A stretch of 32,000 bases of DNA. Origin: Candidatus Saccharimonadota bacterium. Lineage in GTDB: Bacteria; Patescibacteriota; Patescibacteriia; 2-12-FULL-60-25. The stretch covers positions 690,001 to 722,000 of the forward strand of contig CP060222.1 of NCBI GenBank assembly GCA_023898425.1, given 5' to 3'. Made by a program: the position numbers and the translations under genes. A model generated the notes under the pieces. The model was not told the origin of the DNA. It saw nothing but the letters and a program-made list of their open reading frames with translations, and did not search any database. Below are positions 1 to 8,390 of this stretch, in pieces (position 1 is the first letter of the stretch; every line of letters starts with the position of its first letter).

Positions 1-119
1 TAACTCCAGAGGAGAAAGGAAAAAGGGTGCCGTATAGCGGGGTAGACGAGGGTTAATTAGTGCCAGAATCCTACCCAATATCCCCTTTTTTGGCAAGTCT
101 TAGACAAAAAACAAAAAAA

Positions 120-149
120 TAATAATAAAAAACGAGGATTACTCCTCGT
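120..149 (-). terminator. rho-independent terminator of prfA with the stop codon in the loop
   Basis: Minus-strand transcript reads acgagga-gtaa-tcctcgt (7-bp stem, 132-138 pairing with 143-149) followed by tttttattatt. Confidence 0.6.
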
Positions 150-1209
150 CTTCGTTGCCTTGTTTGCCTGATTTTACCGCTAGTACGATTTGCTCCATAT
201 CCCCATCCATAATCAATGGTAAGTTATGCCATGATTTTTTGATGCGATGATCAGTGATACGATCTTGCGGATAGTTGTAGGTACGAATCTTTTCTGAACG
301 ATCACCTGTACCGATTTGAGAACGACGATCCGCATCGAGTTCGGCGTGACGTTTTGCTTCTTCCATCTCCCAAAGACGAGATCTAAGCACCGTCATAGCA
401 CGTTCTTTGTTTTGGAGCTGTGAACGCTCATCCTGACAAGATACCGACAACCCCGAAGGAAGATGTGTAATACGTACGGCAGATTTAGTTGTATTCACCG
501 ATTGTCCACCTTTACCACCAGCACAAAATGTATCAATACGTAGATCTTTTGCTTCGATGACTACCTCGGTTTCTTCGAGCTCAGGCATAACTGCAACAGA
601 AGCCGTCGAGGTATGAATACGCCCTTGCTTTTCAGTGCTCGGCACACGCTGAACGCGATGCACACCAGACTCGAACTTATACCAACCATAGGCTCCCGTG
701 CCTTGAATTCCCAAGATAACTTCTTTGTAACCGCCGGTTTCATTGGTGGATTCGGACAATAGATTGGACTTCCAACCACGACGCTCAGCAAAACGAAGAT
801 ACATTCGTAAAAGATCCCCCGCAAAAAGCCCCGCTTCATCGCCACCGGCACCGGCACGGATTTCCATAATAATGTCGTTTTGATCATGTGGATCAGGCGG
901 TACGAGAGCAATCTCAAATGCCTCTTCAGCAATAGCGAGCTCCGGCTGAATCCGAGCGAGCTCTTCGAGGCCCATTGCCTTCATTTCTTCATCCCCTGAG
1001 GCTATTGCCTCTTCGGCATCCTCAAGCGCTTGAGCCAATCCCAAATAACGATCAGCTACGTCGGCGAGCTGTCTTGCGTGGTTAAAAACCATGGACGCTT
1101 CTTTGATGAGCTTTTGGCTAGCAAGCGTTTCAGGGAGCGCTAGCTTTGCCTCTGCTGCTTGAACAGCTGTTTTTGCTTCTAACGCCTTTTGTTTAAGAGA
1201 ATGATTCAT
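139..1209 (-). CDS. prfA: peptide chain release factor 1
   Basis: 356-aa ORF with the GGQ motif ([11 protein letters not shown]) and the RF1-type tripeptide PST in [14 protein letters not shown] (RF2 would have SPF). Length is typical of RF1. Confidence 0.95.
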   Translation of the reverse strand: MNHSLKQKALEAKTAVQAAEAKLALPETLASQKLIKEASMVFNHARQLADVADRYLGLAQALEDAEEAIASGDEEMKAMGLEELARIQPELAIAEEAFEIALVPPDPHDQNDIIMEIRAGAGGDEAGLFAGDLLRMYLRFAERRGWKSNLLSESTNETGGYKEVILGIQGTGAYGWYKFESGVHRVQRVPSTEKQGRIHTSTASVAVMPELEETEVVIEAKDLRIDTFCAGGKGGQSVNTTKSAVRITHLPSGLSVSCQDERSQLQNKERAMTVLRSRLWEMEEAKRHAELDADRRSQIGTGDRSEKIRTYNYPQDRITDHRIKKSWHNLPLIMDGDMEQIVLAVKSGKQGNEDEE

Positions 1210-1232
1210 ATTATTTTATAAGTTTTATGATA

Positions 1233-1301
1233 GCAAAAACCCCTGTCTCATAACACTTATTGCGACAAAACGTCGCAAAAAATGCTGAAAACAGGGGTTT
1301 T
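1233..1301 (-). terminator. nested-hairpin terminator downstream of rpmE
   Basis: Outer stem aaaacccctgt (1236-1246) pairs with acaggggtttt (1291-1301). It encloses an inner 7-bp hairpin ttgcgac/gtcgcaa (1260-1278). On the minus strand the outer stem is followed by ttttt. Confidence 0.45.
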
Positions 1302-1305
1302 CTAG

Positions 1306-1605
1306 CTAAGCACCGATTTCAACTGTAGCGTTTGCGTTGCGTTTTTCTGCTTTAACCGCTGCGCGTTTTGCGTTTTTTGCCTTCTTGCCTGAAGCGTCTT
1401 CTTGCTTAAGAGAAGCAAGACGAGCAAATTTATCAATACGACCTGCTGCATCGATAAGATTTTGCTTACCAGTGTAGAAAGGATGGCATTGATTACAAAG
1501 TTCAACGCTAATTTCAGGAAGTGTTGAACCTACTTTTACGGTGTTTCCACAAGAGCACGTAATGACGGAATCTTTGTGGTATGTTGGGTGAATGGCTGCC
1601 TTCAT
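1306..1605 (-). CDS. rpmE: 50S ribosomal protein L31 (zinc-binding type) with a Lys/Ala-rich C-terminal tail
   Basis: MKAAIHPTYH... with a CxC...CxxC cysteine set and HPFYTGKQ. The start is moved to the ATG at 1605 (MKAAIHP) rather than the ORF-track start at 1656. Confidence 0.9.
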   Translation of the reverse strand: MKAAIHPTYHKDSVITCSCGNTVKVGSTLPEISVELCNQCHPFYTGKQNLIDAAGRIDKFARLASLKQEDASGKKAKNAKRAAVKAEKRNANATVEIGA

Positions 1606-1749
1606 ATGGGTATTTGAGAATGCGCAGATACTAGCAGAACCTTCGAAAATACGCAAGACAAAGGCTTCGTTATCACCTTTTAGCAGTATTGACGGGCTAT
1701 GTTAGTAGCCTTAGGGTTTAAATGACTCGTACCGGAGGAGATGCCCGTC

Positions 1750-2256
1750 ATGCCATCTAAAAAAGCAGAGCCTTATATCCGTGAAGATTTTGAGCTAGAG
1801 AAAACCCATCTATTTATCGATGCTGAAAATGACACGACCGTTCATTCTAAGCTCGCTCTCGTGTGGGTACGGTATATTAAAGTTACTAGCTCAAGATTTG
1901 GGACTAACGATGGAGTGGAGCTTCACATTGCTTATCAAGCTCCTGGACAAGAGGATGCTATCGAGGGGATGGTAAGCCCTGAGGACTTTGAACGTCTTGG
2001 CGAGGCTGCGGGAGACGCCAAAAAAGAGCACGCTCTTAAATTTCTCCCTTTTGCTGAAGCGCTGTCATCAGAGCCAAGCTTTCAAACGATTATCATTCCG
2101 CTCTTAGGACCGTACGGATTTCAAAAACTCGTGCACCGATTTGCCTTTATGCTTGAAGCCCTTGTGTCTGACAAGCTTGATCGCGAAGCGGGCGACTATG
2201 TCACCCACATCGATTTAGGTGAATCAAAAAAGGATCAGCGCCGTCTACTATCCTAG
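1750..2256 (+). CDS. hypothetical protein (168 aa; alternative start 1741)
   Basis: Long ORF with no competing ORF. A strong SD, GGAGGAG at 1734-1740, lies 9 nt upstream of the ATG at 1750. No motif I recognise. Confidence 0.5.
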   Translation: MPSKKAEPYIREDFELEKTHLFIDAENDTTVHSKLALVWVRYIKVTSSRFGTNDGVELHIAYQAPGQEDAIEGMVSPEDFERLGEAAGDAKKEHALKFLPFAEALSSEPSFQTIIIPLLGPYGFQKLVHRFAFMLEALVSDKLDREAGDYVTHIDLGESKKDQRRLLS

Positions 2257-2296
2257 CCTATGCTGCAGATCGATCGTCTCAATAAGGAGAATGCCA

Positions 2297-2767
2297 ATGA
2301 GTAAAGAAACAGCTTATCTCACACTAGGCGAAACAAGTCTTGTGCGAAGGGTGTACATTGAGACGCTAGAATATAATTACTTCTTTGTCTTTGGACTCTT
2401 TCTCCTTGTTGACGAAGAAGGTATAGCTACCTACGAACTTCTCTACGAAGTAACCGCTATTGAGAATACGATCTCCGTCAAAATTCGAACACCTATCTCT
2501 GCAAGTGAGATACACCGTCTATACGATATCGCTGAGACGAATGCGACTCATGTAAAAACAGATGTCTCATGCCGACGAACAGAGCATCTTGTGCGTGATT
2601 TCTTCGTCATCCCCGAGCCAATTTCGCTCTATCTGCCACTTAGTGGTGAAGCGAGCGTAAGAAGCTTGATTATCGGATTTTACAACCAGCACATCGCAAA
2701 TAAGCTTCCAGCGATTATGGAGTATAATTCTGGAATCGGAAGTAAAGGATCTACGGACATCAACTAA
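2297..2767 (+). CDS. hypothetical protein (156 aa)
   Basis: ORF in the frame of track ORF 2219..2767. SD AAGGAGA at 2284-2290 precedes the ATG at 2297 (ATG at 2291 also possible). A terminator follows. No motif I recognise. Confidence 0.5.
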   Translation: MSKETAYLTLGETSLVRRVYIETLEYNYFFVFGLFLLVDEEGIATYELLYEVTAIENTISVKIRTPISASEIHRLYDIAETNATHVKTDVSCRRTEHLVRDFFVIPEPISLYLPLSGEASVRSLIIGFYNQHIANKLPAIMEYNSGIGSKGSTDIN

Positions 2768-2806
2768 AAACAAACCCCGCTTGAGCGCTGCTCGCGGGGT
2801 ATTTTA
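2766..2806. terminator. bidirectional terminator hairpin between convergent genes
   Basis: ccccgc-tt-gagc gct gctc-gcgggg hairpin (2775-2800), flanked by an A-run on the left and tatttta on the right. It sits between convergent stops at 2767 and 2804. Confidence 0.7.
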
Positions 2807-3928
2807 TGACATAAGTTTTCTTACCACCCACCAATAGCCTTTCATGAGTGGGTTGCCGATATTCTCAAGAAAAGTGCTCTTGGCGCTATCATGTTGAAAA
2901 AGAATTTCTGCAACAAAGTATTTGGTAAATTCACGATCATTTATTTTTCGTCTTTTTTGAATCACTTGTCTACGCTCACGAACCCAGTTCTGATACGACG
3001 CTGATCCAAGCTCTTTGTAGACCTTCTTTTTTTCTGGCCACCAACCACGCGCAAGAGCAAATAACACTAATGCTACTTCCATGGCTACTAATAACGGCAT
3101 GATAAGAAAAAGCGTCCAAGGCTTGAGGTACATAAACAATACCGCATAGCGATTGCGCTCCATCCAATAAAACTTGGTGATGGATTTTGAGAACTCATAC
3201 CAATGATAAATCACCGACTCCGGAACCACGACGACCTTATAGCCACGAAGTCGCATCATAAAAGAAGTGTCGGTGTCTTCGTGATATAAGAAAAATGGTT
3301 CATGAAATAGCTCTTCGTCTTGCAAAGCCGAAACACGCACCATCATCCCCGCTCCCGAAGCATAGGCAATTTCTAAATCAGGATTTGTCTTACGTTCATT
3401 GGCAAAATGCGTTTGCGCTTGTTCTATCGTCCACTTATATCCACGAGAATACCCAAAGCCCAAAAAGTGATAGGCATTACCAACCGTATTTACACGATCA
3501 CGTTCTTCACCAAGCAAAATCAATGATTGCGCGATACCAATATTTTTATCACTCTCCATTTTTGTGATAATCGGCTCTAAAAATCCTGGGTCAACATCCG
3601 CATCTTCATTGAGTAGGTAAACATAGTCGCATCCCAACTCCTTTGCCTTGGCGATTCCACGATTATTGTTTGCAGCAAAACCTAATGACTCATTCGTATA
3701 ATCAAGATATGTTATGTGCGGTAAACTCGCACCAGATTTTGGCATCCATTCTTTTTCGAACCAAGACTTTACTGCTTCGCGATTGGATTTTGATTCAACA
3801 CAAATAAGTTCAATACGCTCTTTTGGATAAGTAATTTTTTCGAGCGAAGTCATCGCATTCACAATATCGCGCTCCCATTTTTCGGTAGCGTAAGTGAGAT
3901 AGATGATTCCAATTTTTGGTAGACTCAT
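2804..3928 (-). CDS. family 2 glycosyltransferase (rhamnosyltransferase-like) with C-terminal membrane segment
   Basis: 374 aa. GT2-type N-terminal layout, LLNEDADV (DxD-like), FFLYHEDTDTSFMMRLRG (the ED-x-D/E...R block typical of WbbL-like GT2). Hydrophobic stretch LKPWTLFLIMPLLVAMEVALVLFALA. Confidence 0.8.
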   Translation of the reverse strand: MSLPKIGIIYLTYATEKWERDIVNAMTSLEKITYPKERIELICVESKSNREAVKSWFEKEWMPKSGASLPHITYLDYTNESLGFAANNNRGIAKAKELGCDYVYLLNEDADVDPGFLEPIITKMESDKNIGIAQSLILLGEERDRVNTVGNAYHFLGFGYSRGYKWTIEQAQTHFANERKTNPDLEIAYASGAGMMVRVSALQDEELFHEPFFLYHEDTDTSFMMRLRGYKVVVVPESVIYHWYEFSKSITKFYWMERNRYAVLFMYLKPWTLFLIMPLLVAMEVALVLFALARGWWPEKKKVYKELGSASYQNWVRERRQVIQKRRKINDREFTKYFVAEILFQHDSAKSTFLENIGNPLMKGYWWVVRKLMS

Positions 3929-3977
3929 ACGATAGACAATACGAATAACAATGTGCGACCAAACTCGTATTTGATCG

Positions 3978-4772
3978 TCATGATTTTATCTTTGAACGAA
4001 ATGTCGTTCCAATGCATGCGATAGATTCTCCATTGATTTTTTTATAGGCAGTTATACGCAAATGTTTTGGACGCTTTCTTTCAGCTTTAATACGTGCCCA
4101 AAAACCACGCTCTTCTCGAATGGAGCGGATATGAAAGGCTTTTGTCTCGCTCACGCAAATAGACGTAAAACCTGCATGATGCAAACGAAAAGCGAGCTCC
4201 ACATCTTCTTTGTACATAAAGAATCGCGGATCAAAAAGATTGCGATCATCACGTACGTGCTCGATGGATGAACGTCGATATAGTGCTACCGCTCCTGAAA
4301 CTCCCCATACAGGATTTGAGGTAATACGCTTAAGATCGCTTACCATTCCTAAACAAAGATATTCTAAACCGGCAGAATCAATATCATCGGTTGGCTTTTC
4401 GTCCCAGCGCATGACAAGCGGTGTTGCTGATGCAATATTTTTATCATTGTCGAGTGCTTGCACCATCTTTTCTAAACAATCATCAGCAAGATACGCGTCT
4501 TGATTTAGTACAAAGACATAAGGTGACACTGTTTTTTGGTAAAGAATATTATGTGCGCTAAAACCAAGATTTTTTTCGCCAATATCTAGACGATAATGAC
4601 AAGTAAAATTTGCGAGATGTACACGGACTCGTGCGAGCTCGGTTTCATCAACGGAGTTTTCGTAAAAGAGCACTTCGAAGTCTGTGAATGTTTGACGCTC
4701 GAGCGAACGCAAAAGCGCATGGAGATATTGACTCCCATGAAAAAGCACTACTTGAATGACGAGTTTTTTCAT
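3978..4772 (-). CDS. family 2 glycosyltransferase (rhamnosyltransferase-like)
   Basis: Start taken at MKKLVIQVV (ATG 4772), 5 nt after the upstream stop. Motifs VLNQDAYL and FFMYKEDVELAFRLHHAG. Confidence 0.8.
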   Translation of the reverse strand: MKKLVIQVVLFHGSQYLHALLRSLERQTFTDFEVLFYENSVDETELARVRVHLANFTCHYRLDIGEKNLGFSAHNILYQKTVSPYVFVLNQDAYLADDCLEKMVQALDNDKNIASATPLVMRWDEKPTDDIDSAGLEYLCLGMVSDLKRITSNPVWGVSGAVALYRRSSIEHVRDDRNLFDPRFFMYKEDVELAFRLHHAGFTSICVSETKAFHIRSIREERGFWARIKAERKRPKHLRITAYKKINGESIACIGTTFRSKIKS

Positions 4773-4776
4773 ACAG

Positions 4777-5676
4777 CTATCTTTTTGTAGCACTAAACAT
4801 CTTTGTTATTACAAATGATAAACGCGCCGCATTTTTGATAAAAGACACTTGCCAAGCTGGATGCCATTTATCAAAATACGCAATCATCGACGCTGAAAAC
4901 ACTTTGTTCTTCCAGAGACTATCGCGTTGAGCAAAGCTCGGACTCGTGAGAAAATCATACGCTTTGATTGATGGATCATAAACAACCCGTAATCCATGCT
5001 CTTTAGCAGATCGGCAATAATCTACTTCTTCAAACCATAAAAAATATCGCTCATCTAACATGCCCAATGTCTTTTTTGCTGTTTCGCTTATCGCAAAAAA
5101 GGCACCACGAATAGAGTCGCAATCTTGAGTTTTAGCAAGATCAAGATCTTTGCCCATATAACGCGAAATCGTAAACGGAAAAATCGCCGCGATTTTAAGC
5201 AAGACACACAACTGACTCAATAGCGTTGGAAAGCGTCGAAGCTGTGGTACGGGCTGACCATTTCGCATTACCAACATACCTCCCAATACACCAATCGTAT
5301 GATCACCATCAAGAATCTTCACGACTTTTTCTAATGCATCCGTTTCAACGGTCGTATCTGGATTTAACAAAAGTAGATGTCGGCCTTGAGCATTTTCCCA
5401 TGCTTGATTATTGGCTTTTGCAAAACCGGCATTCTCGCTATTGGTAATGATATGCGCCCAAGGAAATAACTGCCGTACCAACGCTACCGAATCATCTGTA
5501 GAAGCATTGTCGACGATATACCATTCGGCTTTTAGAGCGCCTTCGCTTTTTTGCAATGAATCTCCAAGTGATTGTAATTGCGCTACCGAATTCCAGGTAA
5601 CCGTAATAACCGTAAGGTCTATGCCATCGTTTTGTTGGACTGAGATCCATTGTATTTTATTATCCTGGCTATCCAT
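4777..5676 (-). CDS. family 2 glycosyltransferase (rhamnosyltransferase-like)
   Basis: 299 aa. DNASTDDS, NAGFAKANN, LLLNPDT, FFLWFEEVDYCRSAKEHG. This is the canonical GT2 WbbL-like motif order. Confidence 0.85.
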   Translation of the reverse strand: MDSQDNKIQWISVQQNDGIDLTVITVTWNSVAQLQSLGDSLQKSEGALKAEWYIVDNASTDDSVALVRQLFPWAHIITNSENAGFAKANNQAWENAQGRHLLLLNPDTTVETDALEKVVKILDGDHTIGVLGGMLVMRNGQPVPQLRRFPTLLSQLCVLLKIAAIFPFTISRYMGKDLDLAKTQDCDSIRGAFFAISETAKKTLGMLDERYFLWFEEVDYCRSAKEHGLRVVYDPSIKAYDFLTSPSFAQRDSLWKNKVFSASMIAYFDKWHPAWQVSFIKNAARLSFVITKMFSATKR

Positions 5677-5726
5677 ATCACTTTGGTGAATTGCTTTGAC
5701 AGTACACGTTTGCTAACGTTTAGACC

Positions 5727-6701
5727 ATGTCTCACCTACTTGTCACGGGCGGCGCTGGCTTTATTGGCGCAAATTTTGTGCGTTATTGGAGTCAAAACCA
5801 TCCTGAGGATAAAATACGTGTTTTGGATGCGCTTACCTATGCAGGCAACCTTCAAAATCTCGACGGTATCGATTGCGAGTTTATTCATGGTGATATTTGT
5901 GATCCAGAAATCGTGCATAAGGCATTTGAAGATATCGATATCGTTGTGCATTTTGCCGCAGAGACTCATGTTGATCGCTCGATTACCGGGAGCTTGCCAT
6001 TTGTACAAACAAACCTCATTGGCACACTTACCCTGCTAGAAGAAACGAAAAAACGCGGTGATCAAATCAAACGCTTTCATCATATTTCAACCGATGAAGT
6101 TTTTGGTGCGCTCGAACTTGATACAAAAACACTTTTTTCTGAAACAACGCCTTATGACCCACGTAGTCCGTATAGCGCGTCAAAAGCTGGTGCAGATCAC
6201 TTAGTGCGCTCGTATTACCATACACATCACCTACCGATTACGATCAGTAATTGCTCAAATAACTACGGACCTTATCACTTTCCTGAAAAACTCATTCCGT
6301 TGATGATTATCCAAGCGATTCATGATGAGCCACTACCTGTGTATGGAGATGGATTAAATGTTCGTGATTGGATTCACGTCGAAGATCATTGTCGTGGCAT
6401 TGAGGCTATTTTAGAAAAAGGTGTCATTGGAGAAACCTACTGTCTCGGCGGTAATGCTGAGCGTCCTAATATCGAGGTCGTTAAGCTCGTATTACAATAT
6501 CTCAATAAACCCGAATCACTCATCGCCTATGTTGAGGACCGTAAGGGTCATGACCGTCGCTATGCTATTGACTCAAGCAAAGCAAAACGCGAACTAGACT
6601 GGGAACCAAATAAGACATTTGAAGAAGGACTAAAAGAAACCGTGCAATGGTATTTAAATCACAAAGATTGGTGGGAGCCTCTCTTGACAAAAGCCTCGTA
6701 A
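5727..6701 (+). CDS. rfbB: dTDP-glucose 4,6-dehydratase
   Basis: 324 aa. TGGAGFIGANFV Rossmann motif, catalytic YSASKAGADHLV, DALTYAGNLQNL. Typical RmlB length. Confidence 0.93.
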   Translation: MSHLLVTGGAGFIGANFVRYWSQNHPEDKIRVLDALTYAGNLQNLDGIDCEFIHGDICDPEIVHKAFEDIDIVVHFAAETHVDRSITGSLPFVQTNLIGTLTLLEETKKRGDQIKRFHHISTDEVFGALELDTKTLFSETTPYDPRSPYSASKAGADHLVRSYYHTHHLPITISNCSNNYGPYHFPEKLIPLMIIQAIHDEPLPVYGDGLNVRDWIHVEDHCRGIEAILEKGVIGETYCLGGNAERPNIEVVKLVLQYLNKPESLIAYVEDRKGHDRRYAIDSSKAKRELDWEPNKTFEEGLKETVQWYLNHKDWWEPLLTKAS

Positions 6702-6716
6702 TTTCGAGGCTTTTCT
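6688..6716 (+). terminator. terminator/attenuator hairpin overlapping the rfbB stop codon
   Basis: aaaagcctcg (6688-6697) pairs perfectly with cgaggctttt (6704-6713). The loop taattt contains the TAA stop, and the T-run continues as ttttct. Confidence 0.5.
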
Positions 6717-6732
6717 GTTAAAAAGACCCTAT

Positions 6733-8388
6733 ATGAAGATACTTGTTATTGGTGCAAATGGCTTTGTCGCACAGCGATTTCATGATGCATATCCAAGCGA
6801 AACAATCGCTTTTACCGGACGCGTGACGGACAAAGCTTCTTTTCTTGAAGTGCTCGACCAACATCAGCCTGATGCTGTCGTGAATGCTGCTGGTCGTACC
6901 GGTAGACCAAATGTCGACTGGTGTGAGTCACATCAAGTAGAGACGTACGAAGGCAATGTCATTATGCCACTTGTTTTGGCAAGCGCCTGCCAAGAACGAA
7001 GCGTTTATCTTTTACATCTAGCATCAGGCTGTATTTTTTATGGCGACTCCCCTGATCCACGTGGCTGGAGAGAAAATGACTTTGCAAATCCAACATCATT
7101 CTATTCACGTACAAAATACTCAGCAGATCTTGTTTTGTCGCATTTACCAAATGTTGGTATCGCTCGTTTGCGCATGCCGATTGATAGCAGACCCCATCAA
7201 CGCAATCTCATTGATAAACTCGCAACGTACAAACAAATCGTTGATGTAGAAAATAGTGCAACCGTTATCGAAGATCTTGTGCGTGTTATTTTTGAGCTTT
7301 GTCAGAAAAAAGGTGAAGGCGTTTTTCATGTTGTGAACCCTGGGACACTTAGACACCGTGATCTTATCAATCTCTATCAAGAACTTGTTGATGCATCCGT
7401 TCAACCTGAGTGGATTAATGCTGATGATCTCGTTGCCCGTGGACTCGCTGTCAAAGGACGCTCAAATTGCATTCTCCAGTCTACGCGCTTACAAGAGCTT
7501 GGTATTTCGATGCGCCCGATTGATGTAGCACTGCGCGATACCATGATGAAGTACGCTGTCTATAAACTCGCGCAACAGCCTCGCCAACAACAGCAACCAT
7601 CAACATCTTTTTTACGTGGCCCTGTTCCGATGCAAAATACGGAGCCTTTGATGCAAACTCCCTCACAACCCCCAAAAATGAAGGGCGCTATTTTAGCCGG
7701 TGGTCGTGGTACACGTTTGGCGCCACTTACGAACGTAACAAATAAACATCTTTTACCGATTAATAATAAGCAAATGGTGCTTTATCCTTTGCAAACATTA
7801 TTAAACGCTGGTATTCGTGACATTATTATTGTGACGGGACCCGACTATGCTGGCCACTTTATGAATCTCTTGGGTTCTGGTAAGCAGTTTGGTTGTAATA
7901 TCACCTACCGTATTCAGGATGAATCAGCTGGCATCGCCCACGCGCTCGCACTCTGTGAAGAATTTGTTGGCAATGACTATGTAACGGTTATTCTTGGAGA
8001 TAATATTTTTGAAGATCAATTTCATACGGCTATCTCCAGCTTTCAGGGTGGCGCGATGGGATTTTATAAACCCGTTCATGATCCAGAGCGCTTTGGTGTA
8101 ATGGAAATTGATAGCACCGGACGTGTACTGACTATCGAAGAAAAACCTCAGCAACCACGTTCAAACTTCGCGCAAGTAGGGCTCTACGTGTATGATAAGC
8201 ATGTCTTTGATATTGTAAGAACCCTCAAACCATCGGCACGTGGCGAACTAGAAATCACCGATGTAAATAATGTGTACCTACAACAAGGGCAACTCTCCGC
8301 ACGTCCTGTTCGTGGCTTTTGGACAGATGCAGGGACTTTTGACAGCTTAAAGAAAGCCTCGGACTTTGCCGCAGAACGCGGTCTCTAA
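6733..8388 (+). CDS. fusion protein: NRS/ER-type 4-keto-6-deoxyglucose 3,5-epimerase/4-reductase-like domain, Q/P-rich linker, glucose-1-phosphate thymidylyltransferase (short RmlA type)
   Basis: Single 551-aa frame with no internal stop. The N-terminal ~280 aa carry AAGRTGRPNVDWCESHQVET, ASGCIF, SFYSRTKYSAD (YxxxK), RLRMPIDS and NLIDKLATYKQIVDVENS. These match my recollection of plant NRS/ER rather than bacterial RmlD. Linker QQPRQQQQPSTS...PSQPPK. The C-terminal domain begins MKGAILAGGRGTRLAPLTNVTNKHLLPI. Confidence 0.85.
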   Translation: MKILVIGANGFVAQRFHDAYPSETIAFTGRVTDKASFLEVLDQHQPDAVVNAAGRTGRPNVDWCESHQVETYEGNVIMPLVLASACQERSVYLLHLASGCIFYGDSPDPRGWRENDFANPTSFYSRTKYSADLVLSHLPNVGIARLRMPIDSRPHQRNLIDKLATYKQIVDVENSATVIEDLVRVIFELCQKKGEGVFHVVNPGTLRHRDLINLYQELVDASVQPEWINADDLVARGLAVKGRSNCILQSTRLQELGISMRPIDVALRDTMMKYAVYKLAQQPRQQQQPSTSFLRGPVPMQNTEPLMQTPSQPPKMKGAILAGGRGTRLAPLTNVTNKHLLPINNKQMVLYPLQTLLNAGIRDIIIVTGPDYAGHFMNLLGSGKQFGCNITYRIQDESAGIAHALALCEEFVGNDYVTVILGDNIFEDQFHTAISSFQGGAMGFYKPVHDPERFGVMEIDSTGRVLTIEEKPQQPRSNFAQVGLYVYDKHVFDIVRTLKPSARGELEITDVNNVYLQQGQLSARPVRGFWTDAGTFDSLKKASDFAAERGL

Positions 8389-8390
8389 CA

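Noticed and set aside
1-100. Possible 3' end of an RNA gene or a terminator (ggggtag...ctaccc...cccc-tttttt)
   Set aside because: There is no tRNA T-loop or CCA, tmRNA, or RNase P signature I can recognise. The pairing is weak with a large loop, and the window edge prevents assessment.
561-932. 123-aa ORF on the minus strand inside prfA, in a different frame
   Set aside because: It is entirely contained in the well-supported prfA CDS and has low-complexity composition with no motifs. It is a typical shadow ORF.
5696-5724. TTGACA-17-TTTAGA as the rfbB promoter
   Set aside because: The -10 candidate is poor, and it would place the transcription start inside the rfbB coding sequence (ATG at 5727).
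7679-8388. RmlA as a separate gene starting at the ATG at 7679
   Set aside because: There is no stop codon in frame upstream and no SD, and the frame is continuous with the N-terminal domain through a linker-like Q/P-rich segment. It is treated as a fusion pending read-level verification.
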